Source: Kineosporia aurantiaca JCM 3230 (lineage in GTDB: Bacteria > Actinomycetota > Actinomycetes > Actinomycetales > Kineosporiaceae). From it: 24,000 bases of DNA. Below, piece after piece: positions 1-8,743 of this stretch; the first letter of the stretch is position 1, and every line of letters starts with the position of its first letter. A program made the position numbers and the translations under genes. The notes beneath the pieces are model-generated. The model was not told where the DNA came from and did no database searches. It saw only the letters and a list, made by a program, of their open reading frames with translations. The stretch is taken from contig JODP01000006.1 of assembly GCA_000719025.1 (NCBI GenBank), forward strand, positions 984,430 to 1,008,429, read 5' to 3'.

Positions 1-912
1 CAGGACAACGATGTACCGGTGCCCCTGATAAGTGGCGGCGGAGACGTTCGTACCGAGAGCGTGCGTGGTGTAGCCGTTCTTGACCCCGATCATGCCCGGG
101 AGGTAGCCGAGCAGCCGGTTGTGGTTCTGTGTCTGGTAGTGCTTCCGCTTGGCGCCTAGGGTCTTTCCCCGGGAGGGGAACGAATAGGTCGGTGTGACCA
201 TGATTTTCGCCAGCTCCGGGTTCTTCAGTGCCTCGGACCCGGCCAGCGCGAGGTCATAGGCGCTGCTCACCTGGCCCTTGGCGTCGAGCCCACTGGTGTT
301 ACGGACGACGGTGTCGAAAGCTCCCAGTTTCTGGGCTTCCTGACGCATCATCGCGATCGCGGCGGTCTGCCCGCCGGCCAGGTTACCCAGGGCGTTGGCC
401 GTGTCGTTGCCGCTGACCATGATCAGGCCGTGCAGCAGGTCGTTCACCGTGTACTTGGAGCCCGCGACGATGCCCACCCGGGTGCCGTCGATGTTCTCGT
501 CGGCCGTGGTGCCGGTGTAGACCTGCTTCGGGTCGAGGGTGGGGGCGATCGCCAGCGCGGTGAACAGCTTCAGCGTGGAGGCCGGCAGAAGCGGAGAGTG
601 CACGTTCTTCGCGGCCAGGATCTCTCGCGAGTCCAGGTCGGCGACCAGCCAGGACGCGGACTTGGGGGCGGGTGGCAGGGGGACCCCGGCCGGGAGATCG
701 GTGAGCTCCCTGGCGCTGATCAGGTTCTGCCCGCCTACCCAGGACTTGGCCGGAGGTACGACGAATTTCTTCTTCTTAACCGGATTGACCGTTGCGGAGG
801 TGGAGGCCTGCGCGGGGTAGGCCAAAGCACCTGTGCCCAGGGTCAAACCGGTGACGACAGCGGCGGCGCTGAGCAGCCGGAACACGCGCCGGCCGGGGTG
901 GTAACTGGGCAT
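1..912 (-). CDS. Serine-type D-alanyl-D-alanine carboxypeptidase (low-MW PBP); N-terminal part only, 3' end lies beyond window start
   Basis: Absent from the ORF track because it runs off the edge. Own reverse-strand translation from ATG (cat at 910-912): MPSYHPGRRVFRLLSAAAVVTGLTLGTGALAYPAQA (signal peptide). It then shows LLPASTLKLFTAL (SxxK), MVSGNDTAN (SxN) and GVKNGYT (KxG-like), the three PBP/beta-lactamase-fold motifs in the correct order. Confidence 0.85.
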   Translation of the reverse strand, partial: MPSYHPGRRVFRLLSAAAVVTGLTLGTGALAYPAQASTSATVNPVKKKKFVVPPAKSWVGGQNLISARELTDLPAGVPLPPAPKSASWLVADLDSREILAAKNVHSPLLPASTLKLFTALAIAPTLDPKQVYTGTTADENIDGTRVGIVAGSKYTVNDLLHGLIMVSGNDTANALGNLAGGQTAAIAMMRQEAQKLGAFDTVVRNTSGLDAKGQVSSAYDLALAGSEALKNPELAKIMVTPTYSFPSRGKTLGAKRKHYQTQNHNRLLGYLPGMIGVKNGYTTHALGTNVSAATYQGHRYIVVL

Positions 913-982
913 CGTGCTTCCGACCATACCTGCCGCCCCTGAGGGGCAGAAGGCAAACCGACTGCACTTGTCCAGCCGGGCC

Positions 983-2218
983 CTACCCCAGCTGGGCGAC
1001 CGCGGCCCGGCTCTCCAGCACACCGCGGTAGTGACCGAGGAGTTCGTCCCCGAGCAGCTCCCAGGTGTTCTGCTGCACCCCGATCCGCCCGGCCGCCCCC
1101 ATCCAGCGCCGCTGTTCCGGGTCAGCAGCCAGCGTCTCCACACAGCGGCGCAGGTCAGCATCGTCTTCAGGGGCGTAGAGCATTCCGTTCGTGCCCGGCG
1201 TCACCAGGTCGAGCGGCCCGCCCGCGGCCGGCGCGATCACCGGGACCCCACTGGCCATCGCTTCCTGCAGGGTCTGGCCGAAGGTCTCAGCGGTGCCGGT
1301 GTGCACGAACAGGTCGAGCGCCGCGAACACGTCGGCCAGGCTCTCGCCGTCCTGCCAGCCGAGGAAGGTGGCGTTCTTCAGCGTGCGCTCCAGCGTCTTG
1401 CGGTGCGGACCGTCGCCCGCGATCACCAGACGCAGGTTCTCCAGCCCGTGCAGGGCGGCCAGCCGCTGCACCCGCTTCTCGGTCGCCAGCCGGCCCACGT
1501 AGCCGACCAGCACCTCGCCGTTCGGGGCGAGCCGGGCGCGCAGTTCCTCGACCGCGGGGGTGGCCCGCCGGTCCGGATGGAACCGCTCGCTGTCCACCCC
1601 ACGCTGCCACAGCGCCAGCCGGGGCACCGCATGGTCACGCAGCTCCTGCAGGGCCGGGCTGGAGGGGGCCAGGGTCAGATCGGCCTGCGAGTGGATCCGG
1701 CGCACCCAGCGCCAGGCCGTGCTGGCCAGCATGCCCATGTGGTGCCGGGCCGCGAAGGCCGGGACATCGGTCTGGAACACCGCCACGGTGGGTACCCCGA
1801 GCTGCCCGGCGGCGGTCACTCCGACGGCGCCGAGGATGAAGGGGGAGGCCAGGTGGACGATGTCCGGCTGGAACGAGGCCAGCGTGCGCAGCACCTTGGA
1901 GCTGGGCATGCCGACCGGGAACTGCCGGTAGTTGAACGAGGGGACGCCGATCACCGGGAAACCGGCGAAGCTCGCGGGAGCCGGGCCGGGACAGATGACG
2001 ACGGCGTCGTGGCCGCGCGCGGCCAGGTGCTCCAGCACCCGGCAGACGCTGTTGGTGACGCCGTTGCCCGTGGGCAGGAACGATTCGGCGACGATGGCGA
2101 CCCGCAGCCGGCGCGGAGCGCTCGCGCCGGCGACCGGGGACGGGGTCAGAGGGACCACCACACTGCTGGCACGCAACCGGCCCAGTTCGTCGGGCCGCGC
2201 CACAGACTCTCGCTGCAT
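983..2218 (-). CDS. GT4-family glycosyltransferase, probably a GDP-mannose-dependent mannosyltransferase
   Basis: ORF 983..2380. N-terminal motif RVAIVAESFLPTGNGVTNSV..LEHLAARGHDAVVICPGP and C-terminal ETFGQTLQEAMASGVPVIA (EX7E-type) are typical of GT-B/GT4 enzymes. I place the start at the internal ATG (cat 2216-2218, MQRESV...) because the first 54 codons look non-coding. The mannose assignment rests only on the divergent manC neighbour. Confidence 0.75.
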   Translation of the reverse strand: MQRESVARPDELGRLRASSVVVPLTPSPVAGASAPRRLRVAIVAESFLPTGNGVTNSVCRVLEHLAARGHDAVVICPGPAPASFAGFPVIGVPSFNYRQFPVGMPSSKVLRTLASFQPDIVHLASPFILGAVGVTAAGQLGVPTVAVFQTDVPAFAARHHMGMLASTAWRWVRRIHSQADLTLAPSSPALQELRDHAVPRLALWQRGVDSERFHPDRRATPAVEELRARLAPNGEVLVGYVGRLATEKRVQRLAALHGLENLRLVIAGDGPHRKTLERTLKNATFLGWQDGESLADVFAALDLFVHTGTAETFGQTLQEAMASGVPVIAPAAGGPLDLVTPGTNGMLYAPEDDADLRRCVETLAADPEQRRWMGAAGRIGVQQNTWELLGDELLGHYRGVLESRAAVAQLG

Positions 2219-2439
2219 GAGCCACAGCTTCGGCCGGACGGGTGATCGGCAGGGAAGCGATGGTGGTGACCCAGGTGAACAGCTACCGGCGAGGCGTTTT
2301 CCCGGCCACGACCAGCGGTCGTAGCATTGCGTGGGCGAGCCGGAGCCGCTGGTGACCGCCATGGGTGAAGTCGGGCTCATCGGTGGCTATTCCCGCGACT
2401 TCGCCCCGGGCACCTCGACGGTGGCCCTACGTTTGTGCG

Positions 2440-3567
2440 GTGACTGACCAAGCGCGTGAATCGTCTGCCGCCCTGCCCGGCTTCTGGGCCATCGTGCCCG
2501 CCGGTGGAGCGGGCACCCGGTTATGGCCGCTGTCCCGCCAGGCCCGGCCGAAGTTCCTGCTGGACCTCACCGGGTCCGGCCGCACGCTGCTGCAGCAGAC
2601 CTGGGACCGGCTGGTGCCGCTGGCCGGGCCGGAGGGCATCATCGTGGTCACCGGCACCGCGCACGCCGAGGCGGTCACCGGCCAGCTGCCCGGACTGACC
2701 GAGGCCAACCTGCTGACCGAGCCCACCCCGCGGGACTCCGCCGCGGCCATCTGCCTGGCCGCGGCCGTGATCGCCGAGCGCGACCCGGAGGCGGTGATCG
2801 GCTCGTTCGCGGCCGACCACGTGATCCGCAACGCCCCCGGCTTCGAGGCGGCGGTGGCCGAGGCGGTGACCGCGGCCCGGCTCGGCGAGATCGTCACCCT
2901 CGGGATCGAGCCGGACCACGCCTCCACCGCGTTCGGGTACATCCAGGTCGGTGAGTCGCTCGGGCTGGCAGGGGCGCCGTCCGCGCACCGGGTCGAGTGC
3001 TTCGTGGAGAAGCCGGACGCCGAGACCGCGGCCCGCTACCTGGAGGAGGGCGGCTACCGCTGGAACGCGGGGATGTTCGTCGCCCGGACCGACGTGCTGC
3101 TGGCCGAGCTGGAGCGCAACCGGCCCGAGCTGCACGCCGGGGTGCTGCGGATCGCCAAGGCCTGGGACACCGAGGAGCGCGACGCGGTGGTCGCGGAGTT
3201 CTGGCCGCAGCTGGAGAAGGTGGCGATCGACTACGCCATCGCCGAGCCCGCCGCCGAGGCCGGCCGGGTCGCGGTCGTGCCCGCGGCGCTGGGCTGGGAC
3301 GACATCGGCGACTGGGCCTCGCTGGCCGCGCTGCTGCCGGGCGACGCGGCGCTCAAGGTGGTCGGCGACGCCGCCCAGGTGCTGGACGTGGACTCGTCCG
3401 GGATCGCCGTGCCGGCCGGTGAGCGGCTGGTCGCGGTGCTCGGGCTGAAGGACGTGGTGGTGATCGACACCCCCTCGGCCGTGCTGGTCACCACCCGGGA
3501 GTGGGCCCAGGACGTGAAGAAGGTCGTGGAGACGCTGACCGAACTCGGAAGGCACGACCTGCGCTAA
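2440..3567 (+). CDS. manC: Mannose-1-phosphate guanylyltransferase (GDP-mannose pyrophosphorylase)
   Basis: ORF 2365..3567. The nucleotidyltransferase signature is FWAIVPAGGAGTRLWPLSRQARPKFL, followed by GYI..G and WNAGMF motifs. The likely start is GTG 2440 (VTDQARE...); the ATG at 2365 is the alternative. Confidence 0.85.
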   Translation: MTDQARESSAALPGFWAIVPAGGAGTRLWPLSRQARPKFLLDLTGSGRTLLQQTWDRLVPLAGPEGIIVVTGTAHAEAVTGQLPGLTEANLLTEPTPRDSAAAICLAAAVIAERDPEAVIGSFAADHVIRNAPGFEAAVAEAVTAARLGEIVTLGIEPDHASTAFGYIQVGESLGLAGAPSAHRVECFVEKPDAETAARYLEEGGYRWNAGMFVARTDVLLAELERNRPELHAGVLRIAKAWDTEERDAVVAEFWPQLEKVAIDYAIAEPAAEAGRVAVVPAALGWDDIGDWASLAALLPGDAALKVVGDAAQVLDVDSSGIAVPAGERLVAVLGLKDVVVIDTPSAVLVTTREWAQDVKKVVETLTELGRHDLR

Positions 3568-3623
3568 TCGTCCCGGCGTGAGCTAATCGTCGATGACGGG
3601 GTATTTCCGGCATCGGGAGTGGC

Positions 3624-4340
3624 ATGTCTCCACGCGTCCGCAACGACCCGGCTCAGTACGACCTTTTGACGGACGAATGGTGGCAGCCGCACGGTGAGTT
3701 CGCCGCCCTGCACTGGCTGGCCCGGGCCCGGGCGGGACTGATCCCGGACCCGCCCTGCCCAGGGGCCCCGCTGCTGGACGTGGCCTGCGGGGCCGGGCTG
3801 ATGCAGCCCTACCTGACCGGCCGGCTGTCCGGCTGGGCCCACACCGGCATCGACATCTCCCTGCTGTCGCTGCGCCAGGCCCGGGAGCACGGCGTCCGGG
3901 TGCTGGCCGCCGACGCCACCCGGCTGCCGTTCGCCGACGCGTCCTTCAGCTGTGTGGTGGCCGGCGAGTGCCTGGAGCATCTGCCCGATCTCCCGCGGGC
4001 CGCCCAGGAGATCTGCCGGGTGCTCGCCCCCGGCGGCACGCTGGTGATCGACACCCTGAACGACACTCTGCTCTGCCGGATCGCCCTGATCCGGCTGGCC
4101 GAGTACGCACCTGGTGGGCCCCCGCGGGGCATCCACGATCCGGACCTCCTGGTCTCCCCGGACGTCCTCACCGGCCTGCTGGCCGGGCACGGAGTGCGGC
4201 TGGGCCGGCCGATCGGCCTGCGCCCGGCGATCGGGCAGTACCTGGCCTGGCTGCTGCGCCGTCGCAACGACGTGACGATGCTGCCCACGGGGTCATCGGC
4301 GTTGGTCTATCAGGCCGTCGGAACGAAGGACGCTGCGTGA
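3624..4340 (+). CDS. Class I SAM-dependent O-methyltransferase, UbiG-like
   Basis: WWQPHGEFAALHWLARAR resembles the UbiG WWD..G.F..LH.iNP.R block. LLDVACGAGLM is SAM motif I. The LEHLPD, LAPGGTLVIDTLN and GIHDPDLLVSPDVL blocks are colinear with UbiG. GGGAG-like RBS before the ATG. Confidence 0.8.
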   Translation: MSPRVRNDPAQYDLLTDEWWQPHGEFAALHWLARARAGLIPDPPCPGAPLLDVACGAGLMQPYLTGRLSGWAHTGIDISLLSLRQAREHGVRVLAADATRLPFADASFSCVVAGECLEHLPDLPRAAQEICRVLAPGGTLVIDTLNDTLLCRIALIRLAEYAPGGPPRGIHDPDLLVSPDVLTGLLAGHGVRLGRPIGLRPAIGQYLAWLLRRRNDVTMLPTGSSALVYQAVGTKDAA

Positions 4341-5401
4341 GACTGAGTGGGCATCGGGCCGTTCTTACTGGTCAGGGCCGGGCGGTGCCGAAACCGGTGC
4401 CTCAGGAGGAGATCTGGGAGGAGGTGTTCGCCCCCCGGCTGAACTCGGACCGGATCGCCCGGCACATCTTCCGGCACGCGGGCATCACCACCCGGCACGC
4501 CGCTGTCGACCCGCGCGACACCGATGTCAGCGGCTGGAGCACGGGCGACCGGATGCGGCGCTACGTTACGGAGGCCCGTTCGCTCGGGGGTAAAGCGGTA
4601 GCCGAGGCGCTCTCGGAAGCCGGGCTCACGGCGTCCCAAATCGGGCTCTTCGTAGTGGTCTCCTGCACCGGTTACGCGACTCCGGGGCTGGACATCCTGA
4701 TCGCCGACGAGTTGGGCATGGCTCCTGACGTGCGCCGCCTGCTGGTGGGTCACATGGGTTGCTATGCCGCAATTCCCGGGCTCAACGCGGCGGCCGACTT
4801 CGTCCGGGCCCAGGGCCGGCCCGCGGTGCTGCTCTGCGTGGAACTGACCAGCCTGCACATGCAGCGCTCGGATGATCCGACGGACCTGCAGACCGTGGTC
4901 TCGCACGCGCTGTTCGCCGACGCGGCGGCCGCGGTGGTGGTGGAACCCGATGCCCCCGTCGGGCTGGAGCTGCTGCACACCACGGCGGCCACCGTCCCGG
5001 GAACCCAGCCGCTGATGACCTGGGACGTCACCGCGCACGGGTTCCGGATGGGACTTTCGCCCAAGGTGCCGGACGTCCTGGCCGGTGAGGTGGGGGAGGC
5101 GATGCGGGGACTGCTGACCCCCTTTGGTCACGGAGTGGACGAAGTGGCCGGGTGGGCGGTGCATCCCGGAGGACGCCGGATCGTCGACGTCGTCGCGGAA
5201 CGGCTACGACTCGGCGACGAAAAGGTCGCGGAGAGCCGGGCGGTCCTGGACGCCTACGGCAACTGCTCCTCGGCCACGGTGCTGATGGTGCTGGACGAGA
5301 TCCGCCGTAAACGCCCGCTCCGCGCCGATGATCCGGTGGTGGCGATGGCTTTCGGCCCCGGCTTGACGCTCTGCAGCGCGCTTTTGAGAACGGTGTGTTA
5401 A
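4337..5401 (+). CDS. Type III polyketide synthase (chalcone/stilbene-synthase superfamily)
   Basis: In the frame of ORF 3968..5401. Catalytic Cys in VVSCTGYATPG, His in WAVHPGGRRI, Asn in YGNCSSATVL, and terminal AFGPGLT. Start assigned to GTG 4337, which overlaps the methyltransferase stop (GTGA, 4337-4340). The upstream 123 codons overlap the methyltransferase and look non-coding. Confidence 0.9.
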   Translation: MRLSGHRAVLTGQGRAVPKPVPQEEIWEEVFAPRLNSDRIARHIFRHAGITTRHAAVDPRDTDVSGWSTGDRMRRYVTEARSLGGKAVAEALSEAGLTASQIGLFVVVSCTGYATPGLDILIADELGMAPDVRRLLVGHMGCYAAIPGLNAAADFVRAQGRPAVLLCVELTSLHMQRSDDPTDLQTVVSHALFADAAAAVVVEPDAPVGLELLHTTAATVPGTQPLMTWDVTAHGFRMGLSPKVPDVLAGEVGEAMRGLLTPFGHGVDEVAGWAVHPGGRRIVDVVAERLRLGDEKVAESRAVLDAYGNCSSATVLMVLDEIRRKRPLRADDPVVAMAFGPGLTLCSALLRTVC

Positions 5402-5410
5402 ATCATCCGC

Positions 5411-6646
5411 GTGCCCCGTCCGGGTGCGTGGAATCACACCGGTCAGGACTATGCTCAACCGATCGTGAACATTCCCGCTCTCGCCCCGCTGGTAGCGGCG
5501 TACGCCGATGAACTGATCGACACGCGCCGGGATCTTCACGCGCATCCGGAACTCGGTTTCCAGGAGGTGCGTACCACCGCGCTGCTGATCGAGAGGCTGG
5601 CCAAGGCCGGGCTCGACCCGCAGCGGATGGCCGGGGGTACCGGGCTGTGGTGCGACATCGGGCCGGCCGGCGGGCGCACGGTCGTCCTGCGCGCCGACCT
5701 GGACGCCCTGCCGATGGCCGACACGTGCGGCCGCCCGTGGGCCTCGACCACCGAGAACGCCACGCACGCCTGTGGTCACGACGTGCACACCACCGGCCTG
5801 CTGGGCGCCGCCCTGGCCCTGGCCGACCTGCACGAGCGCACCCCGCTGCCGGGCCGGGTCCGCCTGCTCTTCCAGCCCGCCGAGGAGAAGATGCCCGGCG
5901 GCGCGCTGCGGGTGCTCGGCGACGGGCTGCTCGACGGGGTCGAACGTGCCTACGCACTGCACTGCGATCCGCACACCGAGGTCGGCTACATCGGCTCCCG
6001 GGTCGGCGCGATCACCGCCGCCGCGGACTACGTCCGGGTCCGGCTGAACGGGCACGGCGGCCACACCTCCCGCCCGCACCTCACCGAAGACGTGATCTTC
6101 GCGCTCGCCTCGGTGGTCACCGGGGTGCCGGCGGCGCTGTCCCGCCGGGTCGACCCCCGCTCCGGCGCCTCGATGGTCTGGGGCCAGATCAACGCCGGGG
6201 TCGCGATGAACGCGATCCCCAGCGCCGGCGAGGTGGCCGGTACCTTCCGCTGCCTGGACGGCGCGGTCTGGACCATCGCCAGCTCGATCATCACCGACAG
6301 CATCCAGCAGATCGTGCAGCCCTACGGCGTCCGGGCCGACGTGGACTACCAGCGAGGGGTGCCGCCCACGGTGAACGACGCGTCGGCCGTGGCGGTGGCC
6401 GAGGCCGCGGTCCGGGCCGAGTTCGGCGCCGACGCCCTGCAGCTCACCCCGCAGAGCCTGGGCGGCGAGGACTTCGCCTGGATCCTGGAGAAGGTCCCCG
6501 GCGCCATGGTCCGGCTCGGTACCCGTACGCCGGGCGGGCCGATGTACGACCTGCACCGGCCCGACTTCGACGTCGACGAGCGGGCGATCTCGATCGCGGC
6601 CACGTTCCTGGCCTCCACCGCGGTGCGGGACCTGTACGCCGGCTGA
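5411..6646 (+). CDS. M20-family amidohydrolase (N-acyl-amino-acid amidohydrolase / hippurate hydrolase type)
   Basis: RRDLHAHPELGFQE, HACGHDVHT, FQPAEE and GGEDFA blocks are characteristic of peptidase M20D. GTG start lies 9 nt after the PKS stop; GTG 5465 is an alternative start. Confidence 0.85.
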   Translation: MPRPGAWNHTGQDYAQPIVNIPALAPLVAAYADELIDTRRDLHAHPELGFQEVRTTALLIERLAKAGLDPQRMAGGTGLWCDIGPAGGRTVVLRADLDALPMADTCGRPWASTTENATHACGHDVHTTGLLGAALALADLHERTPLPGRVRLLFQPAEEKMPGGALRVLGDGLLDGVERAYALHCDPHTEVGYIGSRVGAITAAADYVRVRLNGHGGHTSRPHLTEDVIFALASVVTGVPAALSRRVDPRSGASMVWGQINAGVAMNAIPSAGEVAGTFRCLDGAVWTIASSIITDSIQQIVQPYGVRADVDYQRGVPPTVNDASAVAVAEAAVRAEFGADALQLTPQSLGGEDFAWILEKVPGAMVRLGTRTPGGPMYDLHRPDFDVDERAISIAATFLASTAVRDLYAG

Positions 6647-6648
6647 GG

Positions 6649-7398
6649 TCAGGGCTCGGTCCGCTCCCACGCGGTTCGGTACGACTTCGGTTCCGCGCCC
6701 GGGATCCCGGGCCGGCGCTGCGGTTCGGTCAGGGCCCAGGCCGAGCGGGTGAGCAGGAAGACGGTCACGGCCAGCATCAGTCCGGCGAAGAGCAGAGCGG
6801 GCGCGAGAAGGCCGAACAGCAGCAGGAACACCACCCCCGGCCCGGCCGCGACGGCAGTTGCGGCGCCCGCTGCGAACAGCAGGCCCGGGCTGCTCAGGAA
6901 GGGCCGGCTCGAAACCTCGCCGGGCCGGCGGCGCCCAACCGTGGCGACGGCCAGCACCACGACCACGGTGACGGCGATCGAGCCGAACAGGATGCCGTTG
7001 TACGTCCAGTACGGGATCAGGCTCTTCGAGGTGCCGTCGGCGAAGTTGCACTGGTTCTGCAGAGGGAAAGCGCTGTACGTGTAGTAAGCCCGAGGGTCCA
7101 GGGGCTTCTCCGGGCACAACTCGGAGGTGCCCCGGAGACCGCCGGCGAAGCTGGTGGCGACCAAGAGGATCAGGTAGAGCACGGACGTGACGAGAACGGC
7201 CAGCAGCCCGGCCGCGACCCGGCCGGCGATGCCACTGAGCCTCGAGCTGATCACGCCCGGACGATAACCCGGCCTGTCGGGGTCCGGACCCTTTTCGGGG
7301 GATTCGGCCCTGACCTCGATCATCTCTTCGGCGGTGGGAGCCAGTGACGAACAGATTTCCACGGTTACGGTTCGGCCACCGAATGGTTCCGGCTCCAA
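6649..7398 (-). CDS. Hypothetical integral membrane protein (about 4 predicted TM segments)
   Basis: ORF 249 aa with hydrophobic runs (AAGLLAVLVTSVLYLILLVA; ILFGSIAVTVVVVLAVA; LLFAAGAATAVAAGPGVVFLLLFGLLAPALLFAGLMLAVTVFLL). No family recognised. Start uncertain (an internal Met, MIEVRAE, is possible). Confidence 0.5.
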   Translation of the reverse strand: MEPEPFGGRTVTVEICSSLAPTAEEMIEVRAESPEKGPDPDRPGYRPGVISSRLSGIAGRVAAGLLAVLVTSVLYLILLVATSFAGGLRGTSELCPEKPLDPRAYYTYSAFPLQNQCNFADGTSKSLIPYWTYNGILFGSIAVTVVVVLAVATVGRRRPGEVSSRPFLSSPGLLFAAGAATAVAAGPGVVFLLLFGLLAPALLFAGLMLAVTVFLLTRSAWALTEPQRRPGIPGAEPKSYRTAWERTEP

Positions 7399-7527
7399 AC
7401 GCGCTGTGAATAGCAGCTATCGTCGCCCTGAAACCGGCCCCACCAGGGCCGGGACCGAGGCGTTGGCCCGTGCTTCACGTGGCGTCAACCCCGGTTCGTC
7501 CTAGATGTAACGAAGAAGGAGGCACCT

Positions 7528-8589
7528 GTGCGCCGGGTCCCCAGTCTGGTTGCGGTGCTGGCCGCTGCGACCCTCGCCCTCTCCGCCTGCGGTGGCGGGA
7601 GCAGCGACGACACGAGCACGGGCGGCAGTACCGGCTCGTCGTCCGCCAAGTCCGACGTCAAGGTCGGCATGGCCTACGACGTCGGCGGCCGGGGTGACCT
7701 GTCCTTCAACGACGCCGCCGCGGCCGGTCTGGACAAGTCCAAGACCGAGTTCGGCGTGGACGTCAAGGAGCTCGAGGCCAGCGCCGGCGAGACGGACAGC
7801 CAGCGCGAAGAGCGGCTGCGGCTGCTCGCCGACGGCGGCTACAACCCGATCATCGCGGTCGGTTACGCGTACGCCCCCGCGCTGGGCAAGGTAGCCGCGG
7901 ACTACCCGGACACCCAGTTCGGCATCATCGACGACTCCAGCCTGAGCTCGACCAAGAACGTCACCTCGCTGGTCTTCGCCGAGCAGGAGGGTTCGTTCCT
8001 GGTCGGCGCGATCGCCGCGCAGGCCTCCAAGAACGGCAACGTCGGCTATATCGGCGCCAGCCCGTCCCCGCTGCTGCAGAAGTTCGAGGCCGGCTTCACC
8101 CAGGGCGCCAAGGCGGTCAAGCCCGACATCAAGGTCCAGGTCAAGTACCTCGGCCCGACGACGGACAACTCCGTGTTCAATGTGCCGGACAAGGCCGAGA
8201 CTGCGGCCCAGGGCATGATCGACGGCGGCACCGACGTGATCTACACCGCTGCGGGCGGTTCCGGCGCCGGTACGTTCAAGGCGATCGCCGCCGCGGGCGC
8301 CGGGCACTGGGCGATCGGGGTCGACTCCGACCAGTACAAGACGGCCGACGCCTCGGTCCAGAAGTACATCCTCACCTCGATGCTCAAGCGGGTGGACACG
8401 GCGGTCTACGACTTCGTCAAGTCCTCGGTGGATGGCAAGGTGCTGACCGGCGTGCAGACCTTCGACCTGTCGACCGACGGCGTCGGGTACGCCACCTCGA
8501 ACTCCGCGGTGGAGCCCTACGAGGCCAAGACCGACGACCTGAAGAAGCAGATCATCAGCGGCGACATCAAGGTCTCGGCCACGCCGTGA
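7528..8589 (+). CDS. BMP-family (PnrA/Med-like) ABC substrate-binding lipoprotein, probable nucleoside receptor
   Basis: Lipobox LALSACGG after a signal peptide. Conserved blocks are DVGGRGDLSFND, PIIAVGYAY, F..IDD, F.EQEGSFLVG, G.IGA and GVDSDQ. AAGGAGG RBS at 7514-7520 before GTG 7528. Confidence 0.9.
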   Translation: MRRVPSLVAVLAAATLALSACGGGSSDDTSTGGSTGSSSAKSDVKVGMAYDVGGRGDLSFNDAAAAGLDKSKTEFGVDVKELEASAGETDSQREERLRLLADGGYNPIIAVGYAYAPALGKVAADYPDTQFGIIDDSSLSSTKNVTSLVFAEQEGSFLVGAIAAQASKNGNVGYIGASPSPLLQKFEAGFTQGAKAVKPDIKVQVKYLGPTTDNSVFNVPDKAETAAQGMIDGGTDVIYTAAGGSGAGTFKAIAAAGAGHWAIGVDSDQYKTADASVQKYILTSMLKRVDTAVYDFVKSSVDGKVLTGVQTFDLSTDGVGYATSNSAVEPYEAKTDDLKKQIISGDIKVSATP

Positions 8590-8653
8590 TCTGAACCGGT
8601 GGTTCTGAGCCGGACGGGCCCGGAAGCACCGGCATCGCGCACTACCCTGGCCG

Positions 8654-8683
8654 CCGTTCCCCTCGCAGGCGCGAGAGGAACGG
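8654..8683 (+). promoter_or_regulatory. Intercistronic stem-loop between the binding-protein gene and the ATPase gene
   Basis: ccgttcccctcgc / aggc / gcgagaggaacgg: 13-bp stem with one mismatch and a 4-nt loop. No following T-run. Confidence 0.35.
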
Positions 8684-8743
8684 CTGTCCAGCGTCTGTAC
8701 TGGAAACGGATGTCCCGTCAGCGGTGAAGAAGGTGTTCCTCTC

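Noticed and set aside
3563-3591. 10-bp direct repeat gctaatcgtc (3563-3572 and 3582-3591) across the manC stop and methyltransferase leader.
   Set aside because: Only a single short duplication. It could be slippage or chance, and there is no evidence for function.
3968-4336. N-terminal extensions offered by the ORF track: PKS from 3968, GT4 up to 2380, manC from 2365, and cdd frame from 11654.
   Set aside because: The extensions overlap neighbouring well-supported genes or translate to low-complexity sequence. Conserved domains begin near the internal starts chosen (GTG 4337, ATG 2218, GTG 2440, ATG 12692).
5204-7117. Very long ORFs antisense to, or out of frame with, the called genes. Examples: 5204..7117(-) 637 aa, 7501..9045(-) 514 aa, 914..2245(+) 443 aa, 2521..3555(-), 8642..9850(-), 5647..7347(+), 19899..21293(-), 21779..23230(+), 11550..12431(-).
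   Set aside because: Their translations are Arg/Gly/Pro/Ala-rich low-complexity strings with no family motifs, and each overlaps a gene with clear conserved motifs. Such stop-free shadow frames are expected at about 70% G+C.
7434-7452. Hairpin ccggccc-cacca-gggccgg in the divergent intergenic region upstream of the BMP lipoprotein gene.
   Set aside because: A short 7-bp stem with no T-run and no recognisable riboswitch or operator context; likely incidental in GC-rich DNA.
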